From IMG/VR virus record IMGVR_UViG_3300028734_000012, positions 96,001 through 160,000 of that record: DNA of 64,000 nucleotides. One strand, written 5' to 3'. Positions 1 to 10,561 of the stretch are shown here, piece by piece. Under the pieces are notes generated by a model. The model worked only from the letters and a program-made list of their open reading frames with translations. It had not been told where the DNA came from and made no database searches. Source of the DNA: a virus. Position 1 is the stretch's first letter; each line of letters begins with the position of its first letter. Position numbers and translations under genes: made by a program.

Positions 1-2
1 CT

Positions 3-668
3 GAAAAAGAAAAGGCAAACGAAGCTGAAAAAGCTAAAATAGCTAAAGAAGAAGAAGACAAAAAGGCAAAAATGAGCGCAGACGAAGCTGAAAGTAAGGC
101 AGAAAAAGCTAAGGAGTTAGCAGATAAAGATGCAGAAGCTAAAGAAGCAGAAGCTAAAAAAGCAAAGATGAGCGAAGATGCTGAAATGAGTGCTAAAGCT
201 GATAAAGCTAAAGCCGATAAAGAAGCCGCTGATAAAGCTAAAGCTGATAAAGAAAAAGAAGACAAAGAAGCTAAAATGAGCGCAGATGAAAAGTTCGAAG
301 CTATGTCAGCAGAGAACGCTAAACTAAAAGAAGAAAATAAAGCTTATATGTGTCAAATTGAAACTATGTCTGATTATGCAGACTTAAAGAAATTTCAAGT
401 AGATGCAGAAGAGAAATTAAAACAAGAGAAAGAGATGTCTGCAATCACTAAAGTAATGTCAGATATTGAAAATCGTGGAATCACTATGAGTGAATCCGAA
501 AAGACTGAAATGCAGTCTAAAATTAAGGAATTTTCCTCTATTGAATCTTGGAGCAATTATGTAAAAGCACAGGTATTTGATAGGGCTGAAAATATAGATG
601 GTATCGTAAAGATAGGTCTCCCATTCGAATCTCAAAGAAAAACAAATAGTATTTGGGATACAATATAA
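3..668 (+). CDS. Capsid scaffold / prohead protease C-terminal region (5'-truncated by window edge)
   Basis: Frame is open from position 3 (upstream of Met 72); K/E/A-rich coiled coil with recurring Met-Ser motifs; directly upstream of the capsid genes. Confidence 0.65.
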   Translation, partial: EKEKANEAEKAKIAKEEEDKKAKMSADEAESKAEKAKELADKDAEAKEAEAKKAKMSEDAEMSAKADKAKADKEAADKAKADKEKEDKEAKMSADEKFEAMSAENAKLKEENKAYMCQIETMSDYADLKKFQVDAEEKLKQEKEMSAITKVMSDIENRGITMSESEKTEMQSKIKEFSSIESWSNYVKAQVFDRAENIDGIVKIGLPFESQRKTNSIWDTI

Positions 669-698
669 TTTTTTATTTTAGAAAGGATGAATTGAATT

Positions 699-1235
699 AT
701 GGCTACAAATGTTGTTATAAAAACTCGCGTACAAGCAATGAACATCGATACATACAACAGAACTGCTGTTGCTACTTCTGATGTTGAAAACGGTTCTGTA
801 TTTAATCTTAACTCTTACTCTACAAATCTTGGAGAAGGCACAGTTTGGAATGCTACAGAAGCAGGTTCAGTATCTGCTAAAGGACTATGGATGGCTACAA
901 GCCCAGAAGTTGTTATCACTAGAGACCTAATGGGTAGTGAATATAAAGGCTTAACACCAGACCCAAGAGCATTTATTAATTTCACTGGTCGCATGATTGA
1001 TGCTACATTCCTTGCTCCACATGACATTATCGAAATGACTTGTGCTGGAATTGCTGATGTCGCAACTCTTGGTTTCCTTACACCAGCCGCAACTGGATTT
1101 AAACTTGTTGCATCTGCAACAGCAGGGACTGGTTTCACATTAAAGAAAGTTGGAACAAGTATTCTACATATTGGTTCAAGCAATCTAGTTAAAACTCCCG
1201 TAACTACTTACAAATTTGAAGTAGTTAACAACTAA
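699..1235 (+). CDS. Putative head decoration / minor capsid protein
   Basis: 178 aa, SD AAAGGA; lies between scaffold and major capsid genes; codon usage like other highly expressed structural genes. Confidence 0.55.
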   Translation: MATNVVIKTRVQAMNIDTYNRTAVATSDVENGSVFNLNSYSTNLGEGTVWNATEAGSVSAKGLWMATSPEVVITRDLMGSEYKGLTPDPRAFINFTGRMIDATFLAPHDIIEMTCAGIADVATLGFLTPAATGFKLVASATAGTGFTLKKVGTSILHIGSSNLVKTPVTTYKFEVVNN

Positions 1236-1261
1236 TTTAAGAAAGGTGTTGAATAAAAATT

Positions 1262-2359
1262 ATGACTAAACAATTATGTTTCTCTGCCAACCGTAATACA
1301 GTCGAGGTTGCATTTAGAGATTATATGAACACATATTTTTCTGAAACAGAAAAAAGAACTGGCTTCGCATACGACAACTCAATTTCATTTGCTGATAAAG
1401 AAAAGAAAATGAATAAGTTAATGAACGCTGAAATCTATAGACTTGCTAACATTGAGTTCGCAGAAAATTCAATGGTATCAAACGAAATGTGGGGTCAACA
1501 TCCTCTAATTAAGTGGGCTTCTTTTGCAGTTGCAAACTCACTAATTGATATGATTATCCCAGACGTTCTTGATAAAAGCATCGGCGCTTACACAGAACAA
1601 AGAAATGGTATGATTGGCGATAGCTTTGCTTTCGACGTTGAACCTAATGATTTGTTCTATGTATCTAAAGCTGGTAGAGACCAAAGAACAGTAGAGTTCC
1701 AAAGACAATACAACGGTCAAGTAACTGTTATGCCAGAAAATCGTGCTATTGCCGTTTCTGTTAACTTTTACAAAGTCCTTTGTGGTCTTGATTCTCTAGC
1801 TAAGTTTGTAATGAAAGCTATCCTTAGTGTAGAAGCTCAAATTACAAAAGAAGTTTACAAAGCATTTGATACTGCAATGGGCGACCTTCCTTCAACTCCT
1901 GTAGATGGTAATCTTAAAGTTGCAGGATTTACTAAGAAAGAAGCAGTAAGACTTGCCGCTACTGTTACAGCATATAATGGCGGTGCTAAAGCTGTATTCT
2001 TAGGTACTCCAACAGCATTAGCAAATATTCTTCCAGATGATGCAAACTACAGATACGATATCGATAGTGAATTTGTAAAAGTTGGTTATGTCAGAACTCT
2101 AGCAGGATATGACACAATGGTATTACCACAAATCGCTGATTGGTCTAATCCTTATAAATTAGCAATTGACGACGATAGAATCTATGTAATTTCTCCTTCA
2201 AGCCAAAAACTTGTAAAGCTTTGCTATGAAGGTTCAAGCACAAATAGTACTATCGCGGCTCAACAAACTGCTAACTTAACAGAATCTACAACTATCAACA
2301 AATCATATGGTATCGCAGTTGCTACAAATGCTATTGCAGGAATTATCACACTAGCTTAA
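1262..2359 (+). CDS. Major capsid protein (HK97-fold, inferred)
   Basis: 365 aa; position after scaffold/decoration genes; followed by a strong hairpin; C-terminal YGIAV..NAIAGIITL resembles MCP ends. Confidence 0.75.
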   Translation: MTKQLCFSANRNTVEVAFRDYMNTYFSETEKRTGFAYDNSISFADKEKKMNKLMNAEIYRLANIEFAENSMVSNEMWGQHPLIKWASFAVANSLIDMIIPDVLDKSIGAYTEQRNGMIGDSFAFDVEPNDLFYVSKAGRDQRTVEFQRQYNGQVTVMPENRAIAVSVNFYKVLCGLDSLAKFVMKAILSVEAQITKEVYKAFDTAMGDLPSTPVDGNLKVAGFTKKEAVRLAATVTAYNGGAKAVFLGTPTALANILPDDANYRYDIDSEFVKVGYVRTLAGYDTMVLPQIADWSNPYKLAIDDDRIYVISPSSQKLVKLCYEGSSTNSTIAAQQTANLTESTTINKSYGIAVATNAIAGIITLA

Positions 2360-2404
2360 TCGTACACGTTCGTACATAATATATTTATACATAAATATTA
2401 GGAT

Positions 2405-2437
2405 AGAAGGGATACCGACTTAATAGGTATCCCTCTA
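2405..2437 (+). terminator. Stem-loop after the major capsid gene
   Basis: AGGGATACC..GGTATCCCT inverted repeat; no clear U tract. Confidence 0.5.
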
Positions 2438-2469
2438 CCAATATTTGAATTGAAAGGGGATTTATTAAT

Positions 2470-3174
2470 ATGCCTAAGATTGCAAATGCCGCTTCTACAA
2501 TTGTAGAAGAAAAGGTTACTAACGTTGCTGAACCAACGATTGGCAACGCAGAATATCAACAAATATTACAAGACAATGCTGAACTAAAAGCTAAACTAGA
2601 GGTTTTAATTTCTAGTATGCAGAAATCAGATAATATAGCTAGTAAAATCGAAAGTCCTAAATTAGCAGAGGTAGAAGTCGAAAATGAAGGATTTGTAGAA
2701 CCATCCGCTAATAAACAAATTAAAGTAATGTCTTTATACTACGGTTCTTTAAATTTACCAACAGAAGAAGGTGGCTCGGCAAAATTGTCCTTTAATCAAT
2801 ATGGACAAGTTAAGTCAGTCTCTTATTCTAAGCTAAATGATATTGTTAATACTAATAAGAAATTTGTCGATAATGGATTGTTTTATGTTCTTGATAAAAA
2901 TGCCGTATACTTCTTAGAACTTACGGAATTATATAAGACTATTTTAAACAAAGATGCTATTGATAAAATTTGTGATTTTAGCGCTAATACTATTGAATCT
3001 ATGTTAGATAATATTACTGATTCACAAAAAGAAATAATTATTCATAATATTAGTATGAGTATATATGGTGGACAGGCTGTTGACTATAATAAAGTTGATA
3101 TTATTAGTAGAAAATTCGGAGTTGATATTAAAGCAAAAGCAGAAGGAATGAAAAGTTTTGATGTAAAAGCATAA
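2470..3174 (+). CDS. Hypothetical head-module protein
   Basis: 234-aa ORF with SD AAGGGG, in structural operon. Confidence 0.6.
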   Translation: MPKIANAASTIVEEKVTNVAEPTIGNAEYQQILQDNAELKAKLEVLISSMQKSDNIASKIESPKLAEVEVENEGFVEPSANKQIKVMSLYYGSLNLPTEEGGSAKLSFNQYGQVKSVSYSKLNDIVNTNKKFVDNGLFYVLDKNAVYFLELTELYKTILNKDAIDKICDFSANTIESMLDNITDSQKEIIIHNISMSIYGGQAVDYNKVDIISRKFGVDIKAKAEGMKSFDVKA

Positions 3175-3211
3175 TATTAACTTTATAATATAAAAAAGAG
3201 GGGGTGGGAGT

Positions 3212-3676
3212 ATGGAAACGGTAACTTCATTTGAGACTTTGTATAAATTATTTTTAGGGTCTATTCAAGATTATAAAATCAAAAAGATATTTCAAGAAGA
3301 TGTTGCAATTGCAGAAGATATGATGGATACATTTTTAATTAAAAGTATCCCTCGGTTCTCTTCTGATTGTATCAAGGATATTTCAAATGTAGACCTAGTT
3401 AGTAGAACATTTTTGGTGTCTTTAGATATTGATGAACTCAATATCATGGCTGATTCTATGGTTTTGACTTGGATGAATTGGTCGATAAATAATATTACAC
3501 AAATGGAGATAACTCTAAATGATAACGATTATAAACATTACAGCGAAGAGCGTAATTTAAGTGGTAAGAATAATCATAGAAATATGCTAAGAGAAATATT
3601 AGACCAAGATATTATAGTATATGGATTAAAACATACCCCTTTCAAAGAATGGGCGGCTGGAAATTATGGAGTATAA
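3212..3676 (+). CDS. Putative head-tail adaptor/connector
   Basis: 154 aa, helical; position after capsid genes; SD GGGAG. Confidence 0.5.
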   Translation: METVTSFETLYKLFLGSIQDYKIKKIFQEDVAIAEDMMDTFLIKSIPRFSSDCIKDISNVDLVSRTFLVSLDIDELNIMADSMVLTWMNWSINNITQMEITLNDNDYKHYSEERNLSGKNNHRNMLREILDQDIIVYGLKHTPFKEWAAGNYGV

Positions 3677-3989
3677 TATTAACAATATTAATATATCTGG
3701 CTCTGATGTAAATGAATACATAATTAAATTGATAAATGAAGTGTTTGCTATACTTCCTATATATGAGGAATGTGAAATAGCTGATGATTTTAAAAGATTT
3801 CACGTATATTTAGAAAGATTAATTATGGAAACAGCAGGTGGATATTTTAATTTAGGAACTAAAGGCTACTTAACATTAACAAACGTTTTAACAGGAGTTA
3901 ATATTAGTACACAGTTAAACCATGCAAATGTCAAATCATTAACGTTTTATTGCATATCAATTCTAAATGCATTAAAGGTGATAGAATGA
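3666..3989 (+). CDS. Hypothetical protein
   Basis: 107 aa; overlaps both neighbours (ATGA overlap at 3986-3989). Confidence 0.55.
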   Translation: MEYNINNINISGSDVNEYIIKLINEVFAILPIYEECEIADDFKRFHVYLERLIMETAGGYFNLGTKGYLTLTNVLTGVNISTQLNHANVKSLTFYCISILNALKVIE

Positions 3990-5233
3990 GTTATTATGAT
4001 ACCTTTTTATCAGTTAATAAATCTCCAAAAGAGTTTTATTTAAACCAAATACAAGAATTAGTAAATGGACAATTTGATAATGCTTCAACAGTTCAAAGTG
4101 ATGTTGAGGAAGAAATTGAGTTTGGTACTTTAAGTTTTGTTCCATGTGAAAGTAGAATTACCAGTCTAATTGATGTAAAAACTGGTAAAAAGAACAATGA
4201 TGATTTTAAAAAAATTCTATTTAGAGATGTTACACACCAACCACCATTAGGTACAAGATACAGATTTGAAGATAATATTTGGATTGCTTATGCAACTGAT
4301 AATATAAAAAGTGCTACATCAAGCGCTTATTTACAAAGATGTAATTGTACAATGAACTCACAGGATAAGTACGGTAATATTCACGAAGAGCCATGCTATG
4401 TAGATTATAATCTGATGGAAACACAATTATTAACTAATATACAATTGGATGTTCCAGCAGGAAGAATCGAAGTAAAATGTCAATTGAACAAATATACAAA
4501 AGATGTTGATGTTAATGCAAGGTTTATTTTTGGGGATGACGTTTATAAACTAAGAAGCAGAAGTAAGCCAAATAGACTAAATACTTTTGATAAAGATTCA
4601 GTCACATTTTTATCATTTTATGCTAATTATGACAATAAAGCAGAAGATGATAATTTTGATTTAACAGTTGCAAATTACAAGACATATAATTATGTGATAT
4701 CTTGCCAATCTAATATTAAGAATACGATTGGGGCTAAAGATACATTAAAATCAACTGTTTATTTAGATGGTATAGAAATTGAAGAAGATGTATTATGGTA
4801 TTCATCTGATGCTAGTATCATTGAAATTAATGAAGTTACTGGCGAATATACGTTAGTTGGTTTAGGTATTTGTAATGTTACATGTAAGCTTAAAAATAAT
4901 ATCATTTTTAACACTTCTATAAAAGTAGAGGTTGTTGATGTTATCATTGATAGTTACCATGATGCCATATTACCTAATATTACATATGTTAAGTTGAATC
5001 AGAAACAAACTTATGAAGTTTTTGAATATAACAATGGTATCCCAACGGACACTACGTTTACAATTAATTCATACGATGTTCCAGATAAAAATTATCATAT
5101 TGATACCACATTAAACGGGTTCTCAATAACTAATTTAAAATCTACAAAAGATGTATTACTAAGAATAGTATGTAAAAATAATAGGACTTCTGAACTTAAT
5201 ACACTTTTAATCGAGTTAGGGGGATTGTTTTAA
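3986..5233 (+). CDS. Head closure/neck protein with C-terminal Ig-like domain
   Basis: Start re-assigned to ATG 3986 (SD AAGGTGA); Big_2-like motif VLWYSSDASIIEINEVTGEYTLVGLG. Confidence 0.55.
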   Translation: MSYYDTFLSVNKSPKEFYLNQIQELVNGQFDNASTVQSDVEEEIEFGTLSFVPCESRITSLIDVKTGKKNNDDFKKILFRDVTHQPPLGTRYRFEDNIWIAYATDNIKSATSSAYLQRCNCTMNSQDKYGNIHEEPCYVDYNLMETQLLTNIQLDVPAGRIEVKCQLNKYTKDVDVNARFIFGDDVYKLRSRSKPNRLNTFDKDSVTFLSFYANYDNKAEDDNFDLTVANYKTYNYVISCQSNIKNTIGAKDTLKSTVYLDGIEIEEDVLWYSSDASIIEINEVTGEYTLVGLGICNVTCKLKNNIIFNTSIKVEVVDVIIDSYHDAILPNITYVKLNQKQTYEVFEYNNGIPTDTTFTINSYDVPDKNYHIDTTLNGFSITNLKSTKDVLLRIVCKNNRTSELNTLLIELGGLF

Positions 5234-5829
5234 TGGCTTATTATGCAGAACTTGGTGATATTATTAATAATGTCATTGCAGAAAAATTGCTAAGAAATCA
5301 AACAATATGTAAAGCTTTAAAATATTATCCTACTGAAAACTCTATTGATTATAACCCTTTAACTCAACCAGACATTTCTGACACAAGGTCTCTTCTTATG
5401 GATAAAATTTTTCCATTACCAAAGATGCCAAATTCAGATACAGAAAAACATGGATATGTTACCGTCACTTTAACTGGTGGAGATTCCGCTTATGATAATC
5501 AAGGATATCGTTATGTTAATTTAGTATTTGATATTATTTTTCATCTTGATACTTGGTGTACACAAGCAGGATATAGACCATATCTAATTGCAGAAGAATT
5601 AGACAAAATGTTTAATAACCAACAAACCGATTTACCAATAGCAAATAGACCGCTTGATTTAGGATTTAAACAAAGAGACTATTCTAACTATTTTTATGGT
5701 TTACAATTAGTGTATCAACTTAGTTTAGATAGTAATGTGGGTTGTGGGACTACCCCTGTGGCATCACAAGTAGATATTACAATGAATCAAAGACCTAGTT
5801 TTTTACCAAAGAATCTAAATCTTAGATAG
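5233..5829 (+). CDS. Putative tail terminator/completion protein
   Basis: TAATG coupling; L.FDIIFH..W and RPY.IAEELDKMFN motifs; two genes before the major tail protein. Confidence 0.5.
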   Translation: MAYYAELGDIINNVIAEKLLRNQTICKALKYYPTENSIDYNPLTQPDISDTRSLLMDKIFPLPKMPNSDTEKHGYVTVTLTGGDSAYDNQGYRYVNLVFDIIFHLDTWCTQAGYRPYLIAEELDKMFNNQQTDLPIANRPLDLGFKQRDYSNYFYGLQLVYQLSLDSNVGCGTTPVASQVDITMNQRPSFLPKNLNLR

Positions 5830-5839
5830 GGGTGATGTT

Positions 5840-6724
5840 ATGGAAATGAGTACGTTACGTTTATTATATGGAGATGGGTTAAAATTAATTAATGGTATTG
5901 AGGTTAAACACCCTAAATTATCTGATATCGTAGAGTTAGAAAGAAAATGTATAAGTGATAATGATTATAATTATAATGATTACATAAAAGCATTAACTTC
6001 AACACGAATAGATGTTGCAGATATTTTATGGTGTGAAATGCAAATCTGGTACGAGGATATAAAAACTGAATGGGAATTTTTTATACAGAAATGTATATTA
6101 AACAAAAAGGTTATGAATATATTTTTTGAAGCTGAACTCGATGGGAAGATTATAAAAGTTGAAAAACAGGCTGTTGCAATAGATAAAATATACAGAGATG
6201 CTTTAAATTTCTTCCTTGGATTAAGCGGAGAATATGTACTATTAGATATTAATGAAACCGATATACCACAAATTGTACTTTGTAATGTACAAGAAAACAA
6301 ACTTAAACAATATATTGTTAGCAAAGATAATGTAAAATTTACAGAAAACCTATACGACACTACCCTTAAATATTTGAAAAAAATAAATTGGATAACTAGT
6401 GAATATATGTTCTTAAAAGGTGGAAGTAAAGGTGCTAAACAATATATTTTAAAGAATCAATATAAATCAAGAACAAAAATTAAAGTAGATAAATATTATG
6501 TTTCATTAGATAGTATTATCTCGTCTGAAATTGCAAAGGGTACAAGGTATCAAGACATAAAAGAGTATCCAATATATTTAATCTATGATTTATATTACAG
6601 AAATGTAAAGATAAATGAATGGCAAAATACAATGGATGCATTACATAATGGATGTATAGATACCGAAAAGAACCCAATTGAATGGGAAAAAGTCAATTGG
6701 GGGAGCGTTATAAACTTAGATTAG
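5840..6724 (+). CDS. Hypothetical tail-module protein
   Basis: 294-aa ORF with SD GGGGTGA. Confidence 0.55.
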   Translation: MEMSTLRLLYGDGLKLINGIEVKHPKLSDIVELERKCISDNDYNYNDYIKALTSTRIDVADILWCEMQIWYEDIKTEWEFFIQKCILNKKVMNIFFEAELDGKIIKVEKQAVAIDKIYRDALNFFLGLSGEYVLLDINETDIPQIVLCNVQENKLKQYIVSKDNVKFTENLYDTTLKYLKKINWITSEYMFLKGGSKGAKQYILKNQYKSRTKIKVDKYYVSLDSIISSEIAKGTRYQDIKEYPIYLIYDLYYRNVKINEWQNTMDALHNGCIDTEKNPIEWEKVNWGSVINLD

Positions 6725-6774
6725 TAAGCGAAAGCTTTACTATATATAAATTATTTATGAGGAGGAATTTGATT

Positions 6775-7605
6775 ATGGCTATTCTAGCTACACCTAAAAA
6801 GTTTGCTATGCAACAAGTTTTTGAAATTTTACTAAGAAAACCTGTCGATAAAAGCATTATCGCTTATTTAACAGATACTAAGACTTCTGGACTTGAGAAT
6901 ACTATCACAATGGTTTATCCTACTGGTGGTAGAGGTAATACATACATCGGAACTGGTTTTGGACATTCAAGAAAGGCTACTTTAAAAGTAACCCTTGCAA
7001 CTTGGAATACCGATGTTCTTGCTGTACAGAACGGTACAGAAGTATTTACTGGTAGTACCAATATTACTTGGTATGACACAATTCAAGGCGGTACAGGCAA
7101 AACTTTTGCCACTAAATTTACTGCTATTGGAGCAACTGGTTCAGAAATTGGTAGTTTGTATAAACTAGAACAAGATGGTACATACGGTACTAAGTTCACA
7201 CAAGCTACTACTGCAACTACTGGCACATTCACATATGCATCTGCTACTAAGGCTATTTCATTTGCAACTGCTGATGCTACTGCTCCTGCTGTTGGGGATT
7301 ATATCGCTTGCGCATATACCTATAAAACATCTGCAACTGCTCAAAAGATTACAGTTAATGCGGATGGTATTCCACCAACAGTTCTTGTTTCAGCTTATGG
7401 TGTTGCAAGAGATACATGTACTGGTGAATTGTTCCCTGCTGTTGTAGAAGGACAAGCACAAGTAGATGGTAACTGGAACTTCGATTTATCAGCAAGTGGA
7501 GAACCAGTTGTTCAGAACTTAACAATGGACTTTGTAAGAGGATGTACAACAAAAGAATTATATTCATTTACAATTTTCGAAGATTCTAGCGAAGCAACTG
7601 TTTAA
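6775..7605 (+). CDS. Major tail (tube) protein
   Basis: Start re-assigned to ATG 6775 after SD GAGGAGG; Thr/Ala/Gly-rich beta protein; followed by a strong terminator. Confidence 0.7.
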   Translation: MAILATPKKFAMQQVFEILLRKPVDKSIIAYLTDTKTSGLENTITMVYPTGGRGNTYIGTGFGHSRKATLKVTLATWNTDVLAVQNGTEVFTGSTNITWYDTIQGGTGKTFATKFTAIGATGSEIGSLYKLEQDGTYGTKFTQATTATTGTFTYASATKAISFATADATAPAVGDYIACAYTYKTSATAQKITVNADGIPPTVLVSAYGVARDTCTGELFPAVVEGQAQVDGNWNFDLSASGEPVVQNLTMDFVRGCTTKELYSFTIFEDSSEATV

Positions 7606-7635
7606 TTAATTTTAAACTACTAGATAAAAATTTAT

Positions 7636-7671
7636 CCCACACAGACATTTGTCTGTGTGGGTATTTTTTTT
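7636..7671 (+). terminator. Intrinsic terminator
   Basis: CCCACACAGAC-ATTT-GTCTGTGTGGG followed by a T run. Confidence 0.85.
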
Positions 7672-7693
7672 ATGAATTAAAAGGGGATATGAT

Positions 7694-9544
7694 ATGAAAA
7701 TTTCTGCAATTACGATTACTAAAAATGAAGCTTCTAATATCGAAAATTCCATCAATAGTTATAAAGACGTTGTAGATGAAATTATCATAGTAGATACTGG
7801 CTCAACTGATAATACTAAAGAGATTTGCACCAATTTAGGGTGTAAGGTGATAGATTACGAATGGGAGAATGACTTCTCCAAAGCAAGAAATTTCGCAATC
7901 GAACAAACAACATGTGACACTATTTTATTCTTAGATTCTGATGAATTCTTTGAATATAAATTAGACAATAATTTCAGAACAACTGTTGAAGATGTTCTGA
8001 ATAGAGGATATAACGGTATCAAATTCTTGACTAAAAATATAGATGAAAGTTCACGAACTATTATCAATAACAGTTATGGATTAAAACTATTTAAAAATTT
8101 AGGATTTAGATATGATAGAAAAATACACGAAGTACTAAAAGACTGTGATGAGAAATTAAATACAGTCACCGTATTAGGATATGACCTTATCCATACTGGA
8201 TACAAAAAAGACGTAGATTTAGATAAATGTAAAAGAAATTTAGATATTCTCAATAAAAGTTATGAGAATAAAGAGTATGACACAATTGACTTATTCTATT
8301 TGTCAAGAGAAAATCTGGCAATGTCAAATTATGAATTGGCAGATGAGTTTTGTGATAAATTCTTAGAATCTGATGATTTACAAGATATATTAGCTACATC
8401 TGATATTGCATATTTATCATACTTTTATAAGTATTATATAATGCAAAAGTTAAACTACTATAGCGATTCTGATTTAAAAAATCAATTACTTAAAATTGAA
8501 TCACTTTATCCAAATATTCCACAAACATACTATGAACTTGCTATATTTGAAAAAAGTTCCGATTTAAATAAAGCTATTGAATATTTTAGAAAATGTATAA
8601 AACTTAATTTAGAATTTGAGAATGAACATAAGTTAACAAACAATTTTGGAAATTATGAACCAAATATTTACCACACAATGGCAGAAATTGAATTTATATT
8701 AGACAAAAGAGATGAAGCTTTATCACATTGTATTGTATCATGTATGTTAGATAGACATAATTCTGATTTTCTAGGGTTACTTTTAAAATTAGTAAAAAAT
8801 AAAGATACAATGAAAATAATTGACACATTAAATAAAGTGTATCAACCAAAAACTACAAGTGATTATGAATTTTTAATTGATTCACTTGTAAACACTCAAC
8901 TTTATGGTGTATTCATAGAATATACAATGAAGTATAATATTGAACATAATGGTGGAAGTAATCTTGTATTTTTTGCTATGATTTTAAACACACAGACAGA
9001 TTTATGTATAGAAACTGTACTAGACATATACGAGAAAAAAGGTAACGAATATAATCTATTTATAGCATCATTGGCTATTATGTATAATAACGATATCGAT
9101 TTATATTATGCTTATAGAAATAGATTATCTATAATCTATAAGAATGCTTTAGATTATTACTTTGGTAAAACAACAGATATAAGTGAAGATGATTATAGCG
9201 TTTTTATTAATTTATATGATAGATTGATTTATTTAACAAAAAAAATAAACTACATACAAGATATCGATATGGAAAAGATATCTCAAAAACAGTTAATGAA
9301 AATATTAAATACATTAGAATCTATCGGAAAATTTAGAGAAGTATATTTATTATCAAATAAATTAATTTATAATGATAGATTTATAGATGTTAGAGATGAA
9401 TTAATTAGCATGATGTTATTCTCTTTATTTATGACTAGAAAATATACATTATTTATTAAATGGCACAATAAGCTAGTATTAGCTGAACATATCACTATTG
9501 ACAAATATTCAAATTTATTAAAAATAGCAACTAAAGATGTATGA
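7694..9544 (+). CDS. GT2-family glycosyltransferase with TPR-like C-terminal region
   Basis: ITITKNE...IIVDTGSTDNT, W..DFSKARN, FLDSDE (DxD), IHE and LIHTGY motifs; helical repeat C-terminus. Confidence 0.88.
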   Translation: MKISAITITKNEASNIENSINSYKDVVDEIIIVDTGSTDNTKEICTNLGCKVIDYEWENDFSKARNFAIEQTTCDTILFLDSDEFFEYKLDNNFRTTVEDVLNRGYNGIKFLTKNIDESSRTIINNSYGLKLFKNLGFRYDRKIHEVLKDCDEKLNTVTVLGYDLIHTGYKKDVDLDKCKRNLDILNKSYENKEYDTIDLFYLSRENLAMSNYELADEFCDKFLESDDLQDILATSDIAYLSYFYKYYIMQKLNYYSDSDLKNQLLKIESLYPNIPQTYYELAIFEKSSDLNKAIEYFRKCIKLNLEFENEHKLTNNFGNYEPNIYHTMAEIEFILDKRDEALSHCIVSCMLDRHNSDFLGLLLKLVKNKDTMKIIDTLNKVYQPKTTSDYEFLIDSLVNTQLYGVFIEYTMKYNIEHNGGSNLVFFAMILNTQTDLCIETVLDIYEKKGNEYNLFIASLAIMYNNDIDLYYAYRNRLSIIYKNALDYYFGKTTDISEDDYSVFINLYDRLIYLTKKINYIQDIDMEKISQKQLMKILNTLESIGKFREVYLLSNKLIYNDRFIDVRDELISMMLFSLFMTRKYTLFIKWHNKLVLAEHITIDKYSNLLKIATKDV

Positions 9545-9547
9545 TAT

Positions 9548-9955
9548 ATGAATAATAGAAAATGTCAAAATTGTGGTAATGAATATTATGTTTGTAGGTC
9601 TTGTATATCTATAAATTCTTGGAAAAACGTTTGTTGTACGCAACAATGTTTTAGAAATTTAATGGCTAACTCTGATACAGAGATAAAGCCAATCATTATA
9701 GAAAGTGGAGTGAATAATATGAATGTAGTTTTAAGGGCAGGATTAGTTGGTGGTAAAACAATTGACATTGTTGGATATGACGTAGTGTTAGGAAAGTTTG
9801 ATTGTACCGATGATAAGACAAGGGGATACGATGATTTCGAGTATTTCATTATCCCTAAAGACGAATTACTGGCTATCAAAGAACAAATTTCGGTTTTATC
9901 TACAAGTGAGGTTTCTGCTAAACCGATATCAAAACCTAAAGTTTCAAAAATTTAA
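9548..9955 (+). CDS. Hypothetical protein with N-terminal Cys-rich (Zn-binding) motif
   Basis: CQNC..CRSC..CCTQQC. Confidence 0.55.
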   Translation: MNNRKCQNCGNEYYVCRSCISINSWKNVCCTQQCFRNLMANSDTEIKPIIIESGVNNMNVVLRAGLVGGKTIDIVGYDVVLGKFDCTDDKTRGYDDFEYFIIPKDELLAIKEQISVLSTSEVSAKPISKPKVSKI

Positions 9956-9978
9956 TAACAAAAACATAAATAAACATT

Positions 9979-10037
9979 AAGATAATTAAGTATAAAAAAG
10001 ACAAAATCTTTGAGTATTACTTAATTATCTTTTTTTT
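9979..10037 (+). terminator. Probable terminator (long stem, large loop)
   Basis: AAGATAATTAAGTA ... TACTTAATTATCTT followed by a T run. Confidence 0.55.
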
Positions 10038-10097
10038 AAGATTTTTATATAAATAAAAGGTAAATTTTATTTCTAATAGAGAGTAGGTAAGAATATT

Positions 10098-10559
10098 TTG
10101 AAATATAAAAAATACATATGGGGTCTTGATTTATCGTTAAAGAATACGGGAGTTACTATTTTTCAAGATAATAAGCCTATATTTATTGGTAGCACCATGA
10201 CTAAAGATAAACAAACTCACGGTGTTAGGTTGAAACAGATTTATGATTATCTTAGTGAGTTAAAGGATAAATACCCACCTAGCGTTGTCTGTATTGAACG
10301 TGCATTCAGTAGGTTTAATACATCGACCGCAGTTATATATCGCGTACACGGCATTGTTAACCTATTATTTTATGATGTTGAGCAGGTATATTATCCACCA
10401 AAGACAATCAAGGAATCAATTTTAAAAGGCAATGCTACAAAAAAAGAAGTCATGGAAGAAGTTTTGAAATTATATCCAAATGTGACATTTGAAAATGATG
10501 ACCAAAGTGACAGCTTCGCAATTGTAGTAACCTATCTTAATAAAAGTAAGGTGAAGTAA
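10098..10559 (+). CDS. ruvC: RuvC-like Holliday junction resolvase
   Basis: GLDLSLKNTG, VCIER, P.TIK...GNATK.EV, DDQSDS motifs; TTG start. Confidence 0.85.
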   Translation: MKYKKYIWGLDLSLKNTGVTIFQDNKPIFIGSTMTKDKQTHGVRLKQIYDYLSELKDKYPPSVVCIERAFSRFNTSTAVIYRVHGIVNLLFYDVEQVYYPPKTIKESILKGNATKKEVMEEVLKLYPNVTFENDDQSDSFAIVVTYLNKSKVK

Positions 10560-10561
10560 TT

